Part shown: positions 19,405-30,004 of the stretch, one piece after another
Layout: each line of letters starts with the position of its first letter
How positions within the stretch are numbered: the first letter of the stretch is position 1
DNA from: an uncultured Planctomycetales bacterium
Lineage (GTDB): Bacteria > Omnitrophota > Gorgyraeia > Zapsychrales > Fredricksoniimonadaceae
Length of the DNA: 64,000 nt
Assembly: GCA_964572155.1 (NCBI GenBank)
Contig: CAZNDZ010000002.1
Span: 211,089-275,088 of the forward strand
Direction of reading: 5' to 3'
Translations under genes and position numbers: made by a program
The notes under the pieces: model-generated
Told to the model about the DNA's origin: nothing
Database searches by the model: none
What the model saw: only the letters and a program-made list of their open reading frames with translations

Positions 19405-19953
19405 ATGTTACTCGGCAAACGCATTGAGGCAATTCGTAAGGCAAAGAAGATGAAATTAACAGAACTTTCAAATGAAACCGGCATTCAGCTAGCCACCCTG
19501 TCCCGCATTGAAAATATGAAGATGACAGGCACGTTAGAGTCACACATCAAGATTGCCAAAGCACTTGGCATTGACGTAACGGAGCTGTACCGTGACATTG
19601 AAAAAGACAATGCCATTGTTGAATTTCAAGACCATCACGTTGCTGACATATTTACCCACAGCGATTCCGCCATCACAGAAATCTTAACCAAGAACATGCT
19701 TGATAAAAAAATGATGCCTGCGCTCATCCGCATTGAACCGTCAGGAAAAACTAATTTAGAACAGAATCGTCCTGGGAGTGAAAAATTTATCTTTGTTTTA
19801 GAAGGCCATTTGGAAGTTGAAATCAATAATCAAACATATAATTTAAATAAACACAGCACCATGTATTTCGACGCGTCCCTTCCCCATATATACCTTAACA
19901 AAGGAAAGACAAACGCCAAGATCTTATGCGTATCAACACCTGTTACACTTTAA
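19405..19953 (+). CDS. XRE-family HTH plus cupin-domain transcriptional regulator
   Basis: HTH (LLGKRIEAIRKAKKMKLTELSNETGIQLATLSRIE), then a cupin beta-barrel (EKFIFVLEGHLEV...MYFDASLPH). Start moved to the Met after AGGACAA. Confidence 0.7.
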   Translation: MLLGKRIEAIRKAKKMKLTELSNETGIQLATLSRIENMKMTGTLESHIKIAKALGIDVTELYRDIEKDNAIVEFQDHHVADIFTHSDSAITEILTKNMLDKKMMPALIRIEPSGKTNLEQNRPGSEKFIFVLEGHLEVEINNQTYNLNKHSTMYFDASLPHIYLNKGKTNAKILCVSTPVTL

Positions 19954-19965
19954 AGGAGATCTACA

Positions 19966-20325
19966 ATGTCTAAGAAAATACTCATCTGCGACGACGAAGA
20001 AGGCGTCCGAGAATCACTCAAACTAATCCTAGGTGAAACCCACGACCTCATCATCGTCGAAGGCGGCCAACAAGCCCTGCACGCACTGGCCCACTCTAAA
20101 GACATCGCACTCATTTTCATGGACATCAAAATGCCCAAAGTCAACGGCATCGACACCCTAACCGAAATCAAAAAGCATTACCCCAAAACCAAAATCATCA
20201 TGGTCACCGGCTACAAATCCGTCGAAACCGCCGCCGAAGCCTCCAGACTAGGCGCATCAGGCTACATCATTAAACCGTTTAAGTCGGAAGAAATCTTGGA
20301 AGCGGTTAAAAAGCATTTAAGCTAA
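19966..20325 (+). CDS. single-domain response regulator
   Basis: Receiver domain (KILICDDEEGVRE...FMDIKMPKVNG...IIMVTGY). 119 aa. Confidence 0.8.
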   Translation: MSKKILICDDEEGVRESLKLILGETHDLIIVEGGQQALHALAHSKDIALIFMDIKMPKVNGIDTLTEIKKHYPKTKIIMVTGYKSVETAAEASRLGASGYIIKPFKSEEILEAVKKHLS

Positions 20326-20326
20326 T

Positions 20327-21934
20327 ATGAATTTCTTCTCCATTAGCGCTTTAATCAATGCCATATCTTGTATCTGGCTTTGCATTTTTATTCTCTCGAA
20401 CCCCTCTAAATCCAAAACCAATACAACTTTTTGCTTCTTTCTTATATCTGTAGCGTGTTGGGCAAGTTTCTGGTTTCTTTGGAGTTTCTTGCCATACACT
20501 AGTACAACATTTTTATACGAAAGATTATGCAACCTTTGCGCATTCTTTATATGCGTAACTTTCTTTCATTTTGCAACACATCTCATTAATGAATATGAGC
20601 GGTATAGAAGAATAATTTACTACTTATATATTTTTAACTGCTTACTAGCACTCTTATCTTTATTTACAAACCTGATTATCGAAAAACCTCAGACTGATAT
20701 GCTAATTCCTTTGTATCCCCTTGCAGGAAAGTTATTCTTTATTCAACTCTTAGAATATATCCTTCTTCCAGGGTACTCTCTTTACATCATACATAGAAAA
20801 ATTTTAAATAAATCTGGGGATACAACTAAGTTAAAAATTGTATTTTGGGGAATGCTAATTGGATTCTCAGGAGGCCTAACAAATTATCCTATGTGTTTTA
20901 AAATCCCCATTTATCCTTTTGGAAATATTCTTGTGCCTTTATTTGTCGTGTTCATTTCCTACGGAATCTTAAGGCATCAATTGATGGATATTCGCGTCAT
21001 TATTCGAAAGAATTTAATTTATACCATCATGGTTATCTTGATTTCACTTTTATACTTCTTCTCGGTTTTCATCATTGAACATTATTTCAAATCAATATTT
21101 GGGTATAAATCCTTCCTAATATCTATTGTCTTTGCACTTATCATCAGCCTTTTGTTCATCCCGCTTAAAAATTTCATTCAGTCTTTTGTAGAGAAAATAT
21201 TATTTAAAGGAAATTACCTAGAAATAACCCAAGAGAACTCTTTATTGAGACAAGAAGTCGCTCAGACGGAGCGGCTTAAATCGGTGGCTATTTTAGCCAG
21301 TGGGTTGGCGCATGAGATTAAGAATCCTTTGACTGCTTTAAATACTTTTGCGGAATATCTTCCCCAAAAATCCAATGACCCAGAATTCATTAAGAAATTT
21401 ACACCCATTGTCACAAGCGAAGTCAATCGCATCAACGCACTCGTTCACGAACTACTAGAATTCGCCAAACCAGCTCCCGTCAACCTTAAACCCAGCAACA
21501 TTCATACTTTGCTAGACGCGACACTAGATTTCTTAAGCAATGACTTCTTAAAAAACAACATCCGAATCATTAAGAACTACCCCAATGATCAACTAACACT
21601 TATCTCTATTGACACCAACCAATTCAAACAAGCCATACTTAATATCATCCTAAACGCCATCGATGCCATGCCCAGTGGTGGCACAATAACCATCACCACA
21701 GAAACCATCAATCAAACATTTCACCTCACCATCCAAGACACCGGACGAGGCATCAACCCCAAAGATATCCCCCACATCTTCGACCCCTTCTTCACCAAAA
21801 AAGACCACGGGACCGGATTGGGATTATCAGTAACACATGAAATCATTAAAAATCATCAGGGAAAGATATTTGTAGAAAGCAAACAAGACAGCGGGACAAC
21901 GTTTATTATTGAGCTTCCATATGAATTACTTTGA
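20327..21934 (+). CDS. sensor histidine kinase (HisKA_7TM-type N-terminal 7-TM domain, HisKA, HATPase_c)
   Basis: 7 TM helices, H-box (SGLAHEIKNPLTAL), N/G boxes (ILNAIDAMP...DTGRGI...GTGLGLS). Confidence 0.8.
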   Translation: MNFFSISALINAISCIWLCIFILSNPSKSKTNTTFCFFLISVACWASFWFLWSFLPYTSTTFLYERLCNLCAFFICVTFFHFATHLINEYERYRRIIYYLYIFNCLLALLSLFTNLIIEKPQTDMLIPLYPLAGKLFFIQLLEYILLPGYSLYIIHRKILNKSGDTTKLKIVFWGMLIGFSGGLTNYPMCFKIPIYPFGNILVPLFVVFISYGILRHQLMDIRVIIRKNLIYTIMVILISLLYFFSVFIIEHYFKSIFGYKSFLISIVFALIISLLFIPLKNFIQSFVEKILFKGNYLEITQENSLLRQEVAQTERLKSVAILASGLAHEIKNPLTALNTFAEYLPQKSNDPEFIKKFTPIVTSEVNRINALVHELLEFAKPAPVNLKPSNIHTLLDATLDFLSNDFLKNNIRIIKNYPNDQLTLISIDTNQFKQAILNIILNAIDAMPSGGTITITTETINQTFHLTIQDTGRGINPKDIPHIFDPFFTKKDHGTGLGLSVTHEIIKNHQGKIFVESKQDSGTTFIIELPYELL

Positions 21935-23546
21935 AATTATAAATTTATTAATTATCTTAATTAACTTACCCATTGCCATTTTCTTATTGATAAATAGCAA
22001 AGGAAAAAAACCAAACATTTTACTAAGCTTTTTATGTCTTGCTGCTGTGGTATGGGGATTAGGCGCTTACAATTATTCAATAACAAAATCTAAAGATATC
22101 GCTCTTTTCTGGTGGCAAATAGCAAATATCGGAGGCATTTTATCAACGGTCATCTTTTATCACTTTATACTCGCATATCTGGAAATAAAACAAATTTTTC
22201 TTAGTGCTATAACCATTCTTTTAGCATCAATATTTCTAACTCTAAATTTCCTTTATAAAGAAATATTCATTGGTGAACTTAAATTTCTCTTTGATCAGTT
22301 TTATTATATAAATATCCCCGCAAATAAAATCAGCATTTTTCTTATCTATTATGTTAGTTTTTATTTCTTACTTCTTTCATATTCATTTTATTTACTCTTA
22401 AAAGAATACTCCATTAGTTCGGATATTCGTCGACTTCAGATGAAATATTTAATACTTGGTATGATTATAGGTTTTATTGGATGTCACGCATGTTTCATAC
22501 CAATATTTCAAATTAATCTTTACCCTTACCTTAGTATCTTCATAGCTATTTATACAATTCCTATTTGTTATGCCATGATTAAGTATCAATTAATGGATAT
22601 TAATATTATTATTAAAAAGAGTCTTGTATATACTGTTCTAATTTCTGTAATCTCCCTGTTCTACCTCATTCTTACATACATCACAGAACACGCTATACAG
22701 TCAATGATAGGTTATAAATCTATTTTTGTATCTACCCTATCAGCAACGATCATTGCTTTAGCTTTTATCCCACTAAGAAACTTAATCCAAACCATTATAG
22801 AAAAAACCTTATTCCAAGGCAGTTACATACAAAAAATTGAAGAAAACGAACTCCTCAAACAAGAAGTCGCTCAGACCGAAAGGTTGAAGTCGATTGCGAC
22901 ATTGGCTAGTGGGTTGGCTCATGAAATTAAGAATCCTTTGACGGTATTAAAGACTTTTGGGGAGTTTTTACCTTCTAAAATAGACGATAAAGAATTTTTA
23001 CAAAAATTTGCGCCACTGATTAATAAGGAGATTAACCGCATCAATAGCCTGCTCCAAGAATTATTGTGCTTCTCCAAACCAACACCTGTCTTATTACAAC
23101 CTAATAATATTCATCAAATCATTAACTCAACACTGGACCTTGCTTCAAATTCTATTAGCAAACAACACATCACTATTAAATGTTCTCTCCACAACGGAAT
23201 GACATTGCTAAATATAGATATTAATCAATTCAAACAAGCCTTGCTTAACATTATATTAAACGCGGTTGATGCAATGCCGCAGGGTGGGGTTTTGACAATA
23301 ACGACAACAATAGATCAAAATACATTTCAATTGCGCATTCAAGATACAGGTCAAGGCATCGACAAAACAGATATACCTCATATCTTTGACCCCTTCTTTA
23401 CAAGAAAAACTCACGGCACAGGTCTTGGGCTATCGATCACTCACGAGATTATTAAAAATCACAAGGGAAGAATCTTTGTGGAAAGCATTAAAGACAAAGG
23501 CACAACATTTATCATCGAACTGCCTTACAACTCACCTTTATTATAA
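21921..23546 (+). CDS. sensor histidine kinase, paralog of the upstream kinase (tandem duplicate)
   Basis: Same architecture and near-identical H-box region (LKQEVAQTERLKSIATLASGLAHEIKNPLTVL). Start overlaps the upstream stop (cATATGa). Confidence 0.8.
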   Translation: MNYFEIINLLIILINLPIAIFLLINSKGKKPNILLSFLCLAAVVWGLGAYNYSITKSKDIALFWWQIANIGGILSTVIFYHFILAYLEIKQIFLSAITILLASIFLTLNFLYKEIFIGELKFLFDQFYYINIPANKISIFLIYYVSFYFLLLSYSFYLLLKEYSISSDIRRLQMKYLILGMIIGFIGCHACFIPIFQINLYPYLSIFIAIYTIPICYAMIKYQLMDINIIIKKSLVYTVLISVISLFYLILTYITEHAIQSMIGYKSIFVSTLSATIIALAFIPLRNLIQTIIEKTLFQGSYIQKIEENELLKQEVAQTERLKSIATLASGLAHEIKNPLTVLKTFGEFLPSKIDDKEFLQKFAPLINKEINRINSLLQELLCFSKPTPVLLQPNNIHQIINSTLDLASNSISKQHITIKCSLHNGMTLLNIDINQFKQALLNIILNAVDAMPQGGVLTITTTIDQNTFQLRIQDTGQGIDKTDIPHIFDPFFTRKTHGTGLGLSITHEIIKNHKGRIFVESIKDKGTTFIIELPYNSPLL

Positions 23547-24709
23547 AGCTCAACTAACGCAGCAACTGGGATTGGATGGAATTGTTTCATAGAGAACTTT
23601 TGGATTTCTCCGATGGCGATTTCTTTGCTTAGGCCTTTGCGATATGAACGATCTGTTGTGATGGCATCATAGGTATCTGCAACAGCGATGATCGCGGCAA
23701 TGATAGGGATTTCTTCGCCTTTAAGACCGGTTGGATATCCTTTGCCGTCATAACGTTCGTGATGATATTTAACACCATTGATAACTTCATCAAAACCAGT
23801 TAACGGCGATAAAATTTCAGCCCCACGTGTGGTGTGGGTTTTCATGATTTCATATTCTTCGGCAGTTAATTTATCAACCTTACAAAGAATTGATTCCGCA
23901 ACACCAATCTTACCGATATCGTGCAATAACCCAGCGATATAAAGGTTCTCAAAGAACTTTGGAGGAAAATCATATGCTTTGGTGGCTTCCATTTGACGCG
24001 CAATGGCCAAGGCATATTTGGTCACACGCTCGGTATGACCGTGCGTATAGGCATCCTTGACTTCAATGGCAGACCCTAAGGCGATGGTTGTTTGAATAAA
24101 TAAATTGCGGTTACGCTCTGCTTCACGTTTTAAGTCTTCAAACAATTGTGCATTTCTAATCCCCATGGCCACATCAGATGCTAAGGCGGAAAAGAAATCT
24201 AATTCTTCCTGCTCGAATCGGTTCCCGTCGTGTTTTTGACCTAAGAGCAAGATTGCCAACAAATGATGTTGATAATATGCAGGGACACAAGCAATCGCAT
24301 TAAGCCGTGGCATTTGTTCACTCACTTCATGCAATAATTCTTTGGTGCCATTGCCGTTAGAAATAACACTTTCTTTCCAAATTAATTTATTAATGTCTTC
24401 CGCAACTAGGGCGTTGCGGTTTTCAACGAGATATTTATACTCTTTCTGACAAAAGAATTTAATAATAGGATTGGTTTTATCAAATCGTATAAATCCTTCA
24501 GGGATTCGTGAGCCGGGAGCTCCTCGAGAAATCGACAAAACGTAAATATCTTTGACGGGATCATACAGAATCATGCCCGCGTGATCGATATGAACACGCT
24601 GGACAATGGAACGAACAATTAATTTAATCAAAAGACGTGGATCATGGATTAAAATCATCCCCTTTGCCGCGGCTTCTAATTCTTTTTTATAATCGATCTT
24701 TACGGACAT
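23525..24709 (-). CDS. GAF-like domain plus HD-GYP phosphohydrolase (putative c-di-GMP phosphodiesterase)
   Basis: HD motif (GLLHDIGKIGV) and HD-GYP signature (HHERYDGKGYP). Confidence 0.8.
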   Translation of the reverse strand: MSVKIDYKKELEAAAKGMILIHDPRLLIKLIVRSIVQRVHIDHAGMILYDPVKDIYVLSISRGAPGSRIPEGFIRFDKTNPIIKFFCQKEYKYLVENRNALVAEDINKLIWKESVISNGNGTKELLHEVSEQMPRLNAIACVPAYYQHHLLAILLLGQKHDGNRFEQEELDFFSALASDVAMGIRNAQLFEDLKREAERNRNLFIQTTIALGSAIEVKDAYTHGHTERVTKYALAIARQMEATKAYDFPPKFFENLYIAGLLHDIGKIGVAESILCKVDKLTAEEYEIMKTHTTRGAEILSPLTGFDEVINGVKYHHERYDGKGYPTGLKGEEIPIIAAIIAVADTYDAITTDRSYRKGLSKEIAIGEIQKFSMKQFHPIPVAALVELYNKGEL

Positions 24710-24714
24710 ACGAT

Positions 24715-25074
24715 TTATTTCTGGATTTGCGATAATACAACTTTCTCTAATTCTTCTAGGATCAACGGCTTGTGTATATAACTAATGACGCCCAAACTAT
24801 TCGCTTCTTTAAAAGTTTCTTCTTCTTCAACACCTGTCACCATGATGACGCGCGTTTGATTATTAGCTTTACGCAATTCTCTTAAAACCTCAACACCTGT
24901 CATCTCTTCCATGCGCACATCTAACAGAACCAAATCAGGACTTTCTTTGGCAATGATATCTAAAGCTTGCCTTCCTCCCGACGCTAAAAGTACGTCAATG
25001 CCACGCTTCTTAAAAAAGCTACGCGCAAATTCTCTGACATCGCTTTCATCGTCAACGATCAACATTTTTGCCAT
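24715..25074 (-). CDS. single-domain response regulator
   Basis: Receiver (KMLIVDDESDVRE...LVLLDVRMEEMTG...IMVTG). Confidence 0.8.
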   Translation of the reverse strand: MAKMLIVDDESDVREFARSFFKKRGIDVLLASGGRQALDIIAKESPDLVLLDVRMEEMTGVEVLRELRKANNQTRVIMVTGVEEEETFKEANSLGVISYIHKPLILEELEKVVLSQIQK

Positions 25075-25160
25075 AAGCGCCTCATTTTCTTATTTTCAAC
25101 AACTACATTTTAAGTTTAACCAAACAATTTTTCTTTTACAAGGTCTATCACACAATTTAT

Positions 25161-27332
25161 TTAGAAAACAACCGGCAATTCTATTTTCATCTTTGTGCCT
25201 ATCATATATCGAGATGTCATAACCACACTGCCACCATGATTTTCCTCGATAATTTTCCGAATCACATACAGCCCCAACCCTGTTCCCTTTTTACTAGACA
25301 ATTTTGTTGTGAAAAACGGAGTGAACAATTTCTCACGGTCATCATCTTTCACACCAATCCCGTTATCTTCAACAATGATTTCCAAAAAATTTCCTTGAGG
25401 TCGAGCGCGTATCAACAAAGTTGGCTCAAATCCAATCTCAACCTTCTCAGTTTTACGCTGCATCATGGCATCATAAGCATTATCAATCAGATTAAAGAAC
25501 ACTTCCTGCAACTGCGTGAAATTCGCCTTAAGTTTTGGCAAATTCTCATCAAAATCTCGCACAACTTTCAACTCACTGGTCTTAATCTTAAACTGCGCCA
25601 TCTCAAAAGCAGACTTCAACACCGCATCAAAATCAACTTCCGCCAAACCAGCATCCCCTTTACGCGTATAACGCAACAACCCCTGCACAATTTCCCCACC
25701 CTGAACAACGTTTTCCTGAACCCTAGTAAACGCCCTCTCCAAATCATCAAACGTCTCTTTATAATTATCCGGAACCCCTTTATCTTTAGTAATCTTAATC
25801 GTATCCAACGCATCCCCCGCAATAAACCCCATCGCATGAAACCGATTATTAATCTGATGCGACAACCCATCCGCCATCGTCCCAATAGTAGCCATCTTCT
25901 CCGCCTGAAACAACTGCTCCTGAGTGCGTTTGACTTCCTCATAAAACTGAGCATTTTCAATAGCCAAAGCAATCTGATTTGTCAACGACGAGAACACCGT
26001 CAAATCCTCATCCGTAAAAGCCTTCCCCGACTCCTTCTTTCCAAAAACAATAAAAGCCAACAACTTATCCTCAATATGAATCGGAAGCACCAACTCCCCC
26101 TTCAACTGAATAATCTCCTGCTCAATCTCCCCAAGCCGCTGAATCTTTTGATCCTTATTCTTCTGCTGAAATTCTTCAAAATTAATAGGATTATGATTAC
26201 CAGTTAATTGGCCAACTAAAACTGAACTAAATGGCAAAAATTCTAAATAATCATTACTCTGTCTTCTACTTTTAAAGGCACTCAAGATATACTGTTTAGC
26301 CTTATCATCTCTTAAATAAACTAACGTATGTTCCAAATGAACAGCGCGAGTTACAACATACACAACCAAATTCAACAACTTCTTTAACTGCTTAACCCTC
26401 CCCATCCCAGTTGCCGCTTGTCGTAAAGTCGCTTGATATCGACGCTGCTCTTGAAGAATCTTATCTTCCGCTCGTTTCTGAAGATACAAATAAATAAATG
26501 GACCAACTGTACAAAAGAACGCCATAAAAACTGTCGGAATAAGCCATAAACCGTTACCAAGAATTTTGTAACCAACCCATAACGGTATTCCTAGAACCAA
26601 TGCATACACAAACACAAAGATTGAAGCTCTTGTAAAAATAATCTTAATGTCTAAAAGTTGATACCTAACCATTGCATACGCAACACATAAACCGTACAAT
26701 CCAATACAGACATTGCCAAAAGGAACAATTTCATAAGGTGGAATCTTAAGTACCAAATTAAAATTAAATGCACCTCCAGCATAACCAAAGATTGTAGACC
26801 ACAATAGAAACTTCAGTTGTTGTTTTCTTAATATGCTTTTCTCACTATTAAACTCAAAAAATATTAAATAAATGCACCATAAAACAATTAACGTGTAATA
26901 AATCAGAAAAATATAATACCCAACCCCTGGAACTGTAAAGTTTCTCAGAAGAAAAGCAGGAGCAGTTTTCTCAACAAAAAAAGGAGTAAAATTTAAAAAT
27001 GAGAAGAGTATCGCTAGCGCATAAGCCCCTTTTATCAAGAACCCTTTATCTGAAAGTTTTAAAAAAGAACAAGTAAAATGGAAAAATGTTGTTGGTATAA
27101 AAATAACCCCTAAAATACACAACCTGTCCCAAAATAGTGCCTCATCAGGAAATTTTGACTTAATCATTAAGATGGAAAAGAAACTCCAAAAAGAAATAGC
27201 TAATGAATAAAATGAATATGTTCTATTTGCTATATTCTTTGGATTCTTTAATAGAACAAAAAAAGCCAAGAATGCTAGAACGATTGCATTAAAGGCATAA
27301 GAACAAATAAATAATAATTCGTAATTATTCAT
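25161..27332 (-). CDS. sensor histidine kinase (7-TM N-terminus, GAF-like region, HisKA, HATPase_c)
   Basis: About 7 TM helices, H-box (ADGLSHQINNRFHAM), N/G boxes (NLIDNAYDAM...DNGIGV...GTGLGLYV). Confidence 0.75.
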   Translation of the reverse strand: MNNYELLFICSYAFNAIVLAFLAFFVLLKNPKNIANRTYSFYSLAISFWSFFSILMIKSKFPDEALFWDRLCILGVIFIPTTFFHFTCSFLKLSDKGFLIKGAYALAILFSFLNFTPFFVEKTAPAFLLRNFTVPGVGYYIFLIYYTLIVLWCIYLIFFEFNSEKSILRKQQLKFLLWSTIFGYAGGAFNFNLVLKIPPYEIVPFGNVCIGLYGLCVAYAMVRYQLLDIKIIFTRASIFVFVYALVLGIPLWVGYKILGNGLWLIPTVFMAFFCTVGPFIYLYLQKRAEDKILQEQRRYQATLRQAATGMGRVKQLKKLLNLVVYVVTRAVHLEHTLVYLRDDKAKQYILSAFKSRRQSNDYLEFLPFSSVLVGQLTGNHNPINFEEFQQKNKDQKIQRLGEIEQEIIQLKGELVLPIHIEDKLLAFIVFGKKESGKAFTDEDLTVFSSLTNQIALAIENAQFYEEVKRTQEQLFQAEKMATIGTMADGLSHQINNRFHAMGFIAGDALDTIKITKDKGVPDNYKETFDDLERAFTRVQENVVQGGEIVQGLLRYTRKGDAGLAEVDFDAVLKSAFEMAQFKIKTSELKVVRDFDENLPKLKANFTQLQEVFFNLIDNAYDAMMQRKTEKVEIGFEPTLLIRARPQGNFLEIIVEDNGIGVKDDDREKLFTPFFTTKLSSKKGTGLGLYVIRKIIEENHGGSVVMTSRYMIGTKMKIELPVVF

Positions 27333-27335
27333 TTT

Positions 27336-28613
27336 TTAAGTCAACTGGAATGATAAATGGGAATTAATGTTAATATTTCGATCTTTGATATATTGGCCCC
27401 TTAGTAAAAGAATTTTCTTTATTTCATCATCAGAAAAAATCTTTGCGCCTGACTTAAATACACAATTATCAAGTCCACTTTCTTTCATAAACAAAAGAAA
27501 ATTAGATAAATTACTCATATCTACACTACCAGTTGTAGGTTTTAAAACTTTTGCATGGTCGATTGAAAGTATAATTGCTTCAGCTAAACATCCAAAAATT
27601 GTGCAACTCTTACCAAATCCAAAATCATAATCGGATTCTAAACCACTAAAATCTACCAATCCTCCCTCAAGCACAACCTTAGAATCATCTCCTAAATTAC
27701 GATTTATTCCCTCAGGTCTAGCATCATCTAAAATAATAAAATTCTGAGGAATATCTTCAGGCATGAGAACTCTATTTATTGATGAAGTAACACAAACACC
27801 TAGATGATGCTCTTTCAAAACTTCTTTTCTTTCATCACTTTTTAACATCGCAGAAAAAATCTGAATATTTACTTTAGGAAATTTTTCTTTAAGCCTTGAT
27901 TTAACAAATTTTAACCTCTTTTCGTTTATATCATACAAAGAAATATTTATCACTCCTTGTAACGCCAACATTTCTACAATCTGTGAGCCCATTCTACCGG
28001 CCCCCAAAATGATTATTCTTAGATCTTTTATAGCAATATTTGACAAAAACAACATTCTACGAATAGAGATAAGTATAGAAATAGAAGTAACCGTGTGCCC
28101 AGTAGTTATGAAAACATCTTTTTCGCTGATAAATTTATTAAAATATTCTCCACGTTTAGTAACTATTGGCCACCATGCACCTAACCCAACATTACAATTT
28201 CTTCTCGAAATCTTAACAGAGAAATCAATCATCCTCTTTGCTTCTTTTAAAGACTTCTTTCTATCATTCAATAATTCATCTGGAAGCAATAAACTTGAAA
28301 CAATTAATCCATTCACTCCTTTACTAGTTTTAATTCTTGATATAACAAAAGGTGGGAACAATCCTAACAATCTAACAAACTTCTTCTTTATTAAGAATTT
28401 TCTAATAAATGAAAGAAAGGGAAGTGCGATAAAAAAATCTTGCGATCTTCTAGGGTGAACTAAGAAAATAAAATCAGAATCAAAACCATACAAAAATCTA
28501 CGTAAAGAAGATGGAAGCCTTCTAACAGGCAATAAATTGACAACAAAATCACGAATATACAACAAAAACGCTATTGACCAATTCTTATACCATATCTTTT
28601 TATTGTATAGCAT
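27336..28613 (-). CDS. hypothetical protein with Rossmann NAD(P)-binding domain
   Basis: Glycine-rich dinucleotide-binding motif (IIILGAGRMGSQIVEMLA) in the middle of 425 aa. The N-terminal 200 aa are unassigned. Confidence 0.35.
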   Translation of the reverse strand: MLYNKKIWYKNWSIAFLLYIRDFVVNLLPVRRLPSSLRRFLYGFDSDFIFLVHPRRSQDFFIALPFLSFIRKFLIKKKFVRLLGLFPPFVISRIKTSKGVNGLIVSSLLLPDELLNDRKKSLKEAKRMIDFSVKISRRNCNVGLGAWWPIVTKRGEYFNKFISEKDVFITTGHTVTSISILISIRRMLFLSNIAIKDLRIIILGAGRMGSQIVEMLALQGVINISLYDINEKRLKFVKSRLKEKFPKVNIQIFSAMLKSDERKEVLKEHHLGVCVTSSINRVLMPEDIPQNFIILDDARPEGINRNLGDDSKVVLEGGLVDFSGLESDYDFGFGKSCTIFGCLAEAIILSIDHAKVLKPTTGSVDMSNLSNFLLFMKESGLDNCVFKSGAKIFSDDEIKKILLLRGQYIKDRNININSHLSFQLT

Positions 28614-28624
28614 AAAGAATTTAT

Positions 28625-29923
28625 TTAGAATTTATGTGTCAAATTCATCAAGACCATATTAATAATCTGCGTATACTTCCCATCCACCGTCGCCCCACTT
28701 GCGCTACCTACATCATTATCAATCTTGCGTGGTTGATAAATTAATGCGGAATAGGCCATGTCTAAGGTTAGACTTTTTGTTAAGTCGTAACCGAAACCTG
28801 CCGTCAAGCCATGCGAATCACTATCGGCTAGACTGGGGTCGAAGGTGTCGTCTGGAATTGGGGATGTGTGATGGTAATACCCGGCACGTAAACGTAGCGC
28901 ATCTGTCGCTGAATATTCAAAACCGATGGCTTGTGACCAGACTGAATTCCAATCTTTAGATGTTGGATTTCCGGAATTTAGCACGGACAATCTTGTGGCA
29001 TCTGTTTCTTGGGTGAAGTTGACGGCTTGATTCTTGATGCTGCCCCAATCCATCCATTCTAAATCAAGGTTAACGCGCAAGCGTTCAATCGGTTTGAAAC
29101 TGTAACCTATGATGACGCTTTGTGGTAGCGTCATCTTGCTTGTTACTTTTGTTTCATAGGATGTATCGCCAAAAATTCCTAGATAATTTGAACCTGAACC
29201 ATTTAACTTACTTAAATATGCTTTTCCCTCATATTCATGGAAAAATCCACTGCGATACATGATGCCCCATTGATTGGTGTCATTGATTTTATACATCGAC
29301 GCCAAACGATACCCTAGCGCACCATCTTTTCCTTTTAATTGAAAATCACCATCCGCACCACCTGGCTGGATCAAGCGCTTGCTTAAGCTAATTTTGGAAT
29401 CATCGTAATCGGAACTTAACGCGAATGACCAGTTGTCCGTCACTTGATAGGCGGCGGTTAAGGCAAAATTTTTATTCTCAATAACGGATTCTGTCGCCAC
29501 ATATCGCAACGATGAATCCTCAGCCCATTGTGTAGCTAAACCGAAATATGAATTCGCACCAAAACCAACGGTTAATTTATTAGCAATCACTGGAACCGAA
29601 ACATACAAATTAGGGATAAAGAAATTATTACGACGCGCTTGAACCTTATCACCGGAAGACGATTTATAATCCGACTGCGGACTTAAAATGGCAAAACCAA
29701 CAGCAGTTTGCACCTCTTTGATCTGCGTTAAACCTGCAGGATTATAATAAACAGCAGCGGGCGTATTCGCTTGCCCCACAAATGCAGAACCCATCGCTTC
29801 AGCAGCAGCATCGGGTACCTCAGTGCGAAAAGCACCTGAACCAGCGGCAAAAATATTTGTTGTGAAACATAGGGTTGCGATCAAGAAGGTAAGGGTGAAA
29901 ACACGGCGGAAGCATTGAGTCAT
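28625..29923 (-). CDS. fadL: FadL/OmpP1/TodX-family outer-membrane hydrophobic-compound transporter
   Basis: Signal peptide, N-terminal hatch motif (AAGSGAFRTEVPDAAAEAMGSAFVGQANTPAAVYYNPAG), beta-barrel profile and C-terminal Phe. Confidence 0.8.
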   Translation of the reverse strand: MTQCFRRVFTLTFLIATLCFTTNIFAAGSGAFRTEVPDAAAEAMGSAFVGQANTPAAVYYNPAGLTQIKEVQTAVGFAILSPQSDYKSSSGDKVQARRNNFFIPNLYVSVPVIANKLTVGFGANSYFGLATQWAEDSSLRYVATESVIENKNFALTAAYQVTDNWSFALSSDYDDSKISLSKRLIQPGGADGDFQLKGKDGALGYRLASMYKINDTNQWGIMYRSGFFHEYEGKAYLSKLNGSGSNYLGIFGDTSYETKVTSKMTLPQSVIIGYSFKPIERLRVNLDLEWMDWGSIKNQAVNFTQETDATRLSVLNSGNPTSKDWNSVWSQAIGFEYSATDALRLRAGYYHHTSPIPDDTFDPSLADSDSHGLTAGFGYDLTKSLTLDMAYSALIYQPRKIDNDVGSASGATVDGKYTQIINMVLMNLTHKF

Positions 29924-30004
29924 ACAGGATCCTCCATATTGAATTATATAATATATTAATTATATAGGAGGAATGGGTTTGTTGAAGTGAAAAAGTGGAA
30001 ATTT

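Noticed and set aside
25236-26207. 323-aa plus-strand ORF and a 118-aa minus-strand ORF (25616-25972) inside the 723-aa histidine kinase gene
   Set aside because: Both lie wholly within or antisense to a well-supported kinase CDS. Their low-complexity, Arg/Leu/Ile-rich translations are typical of out-of-frame readings of an AT-rich gene.
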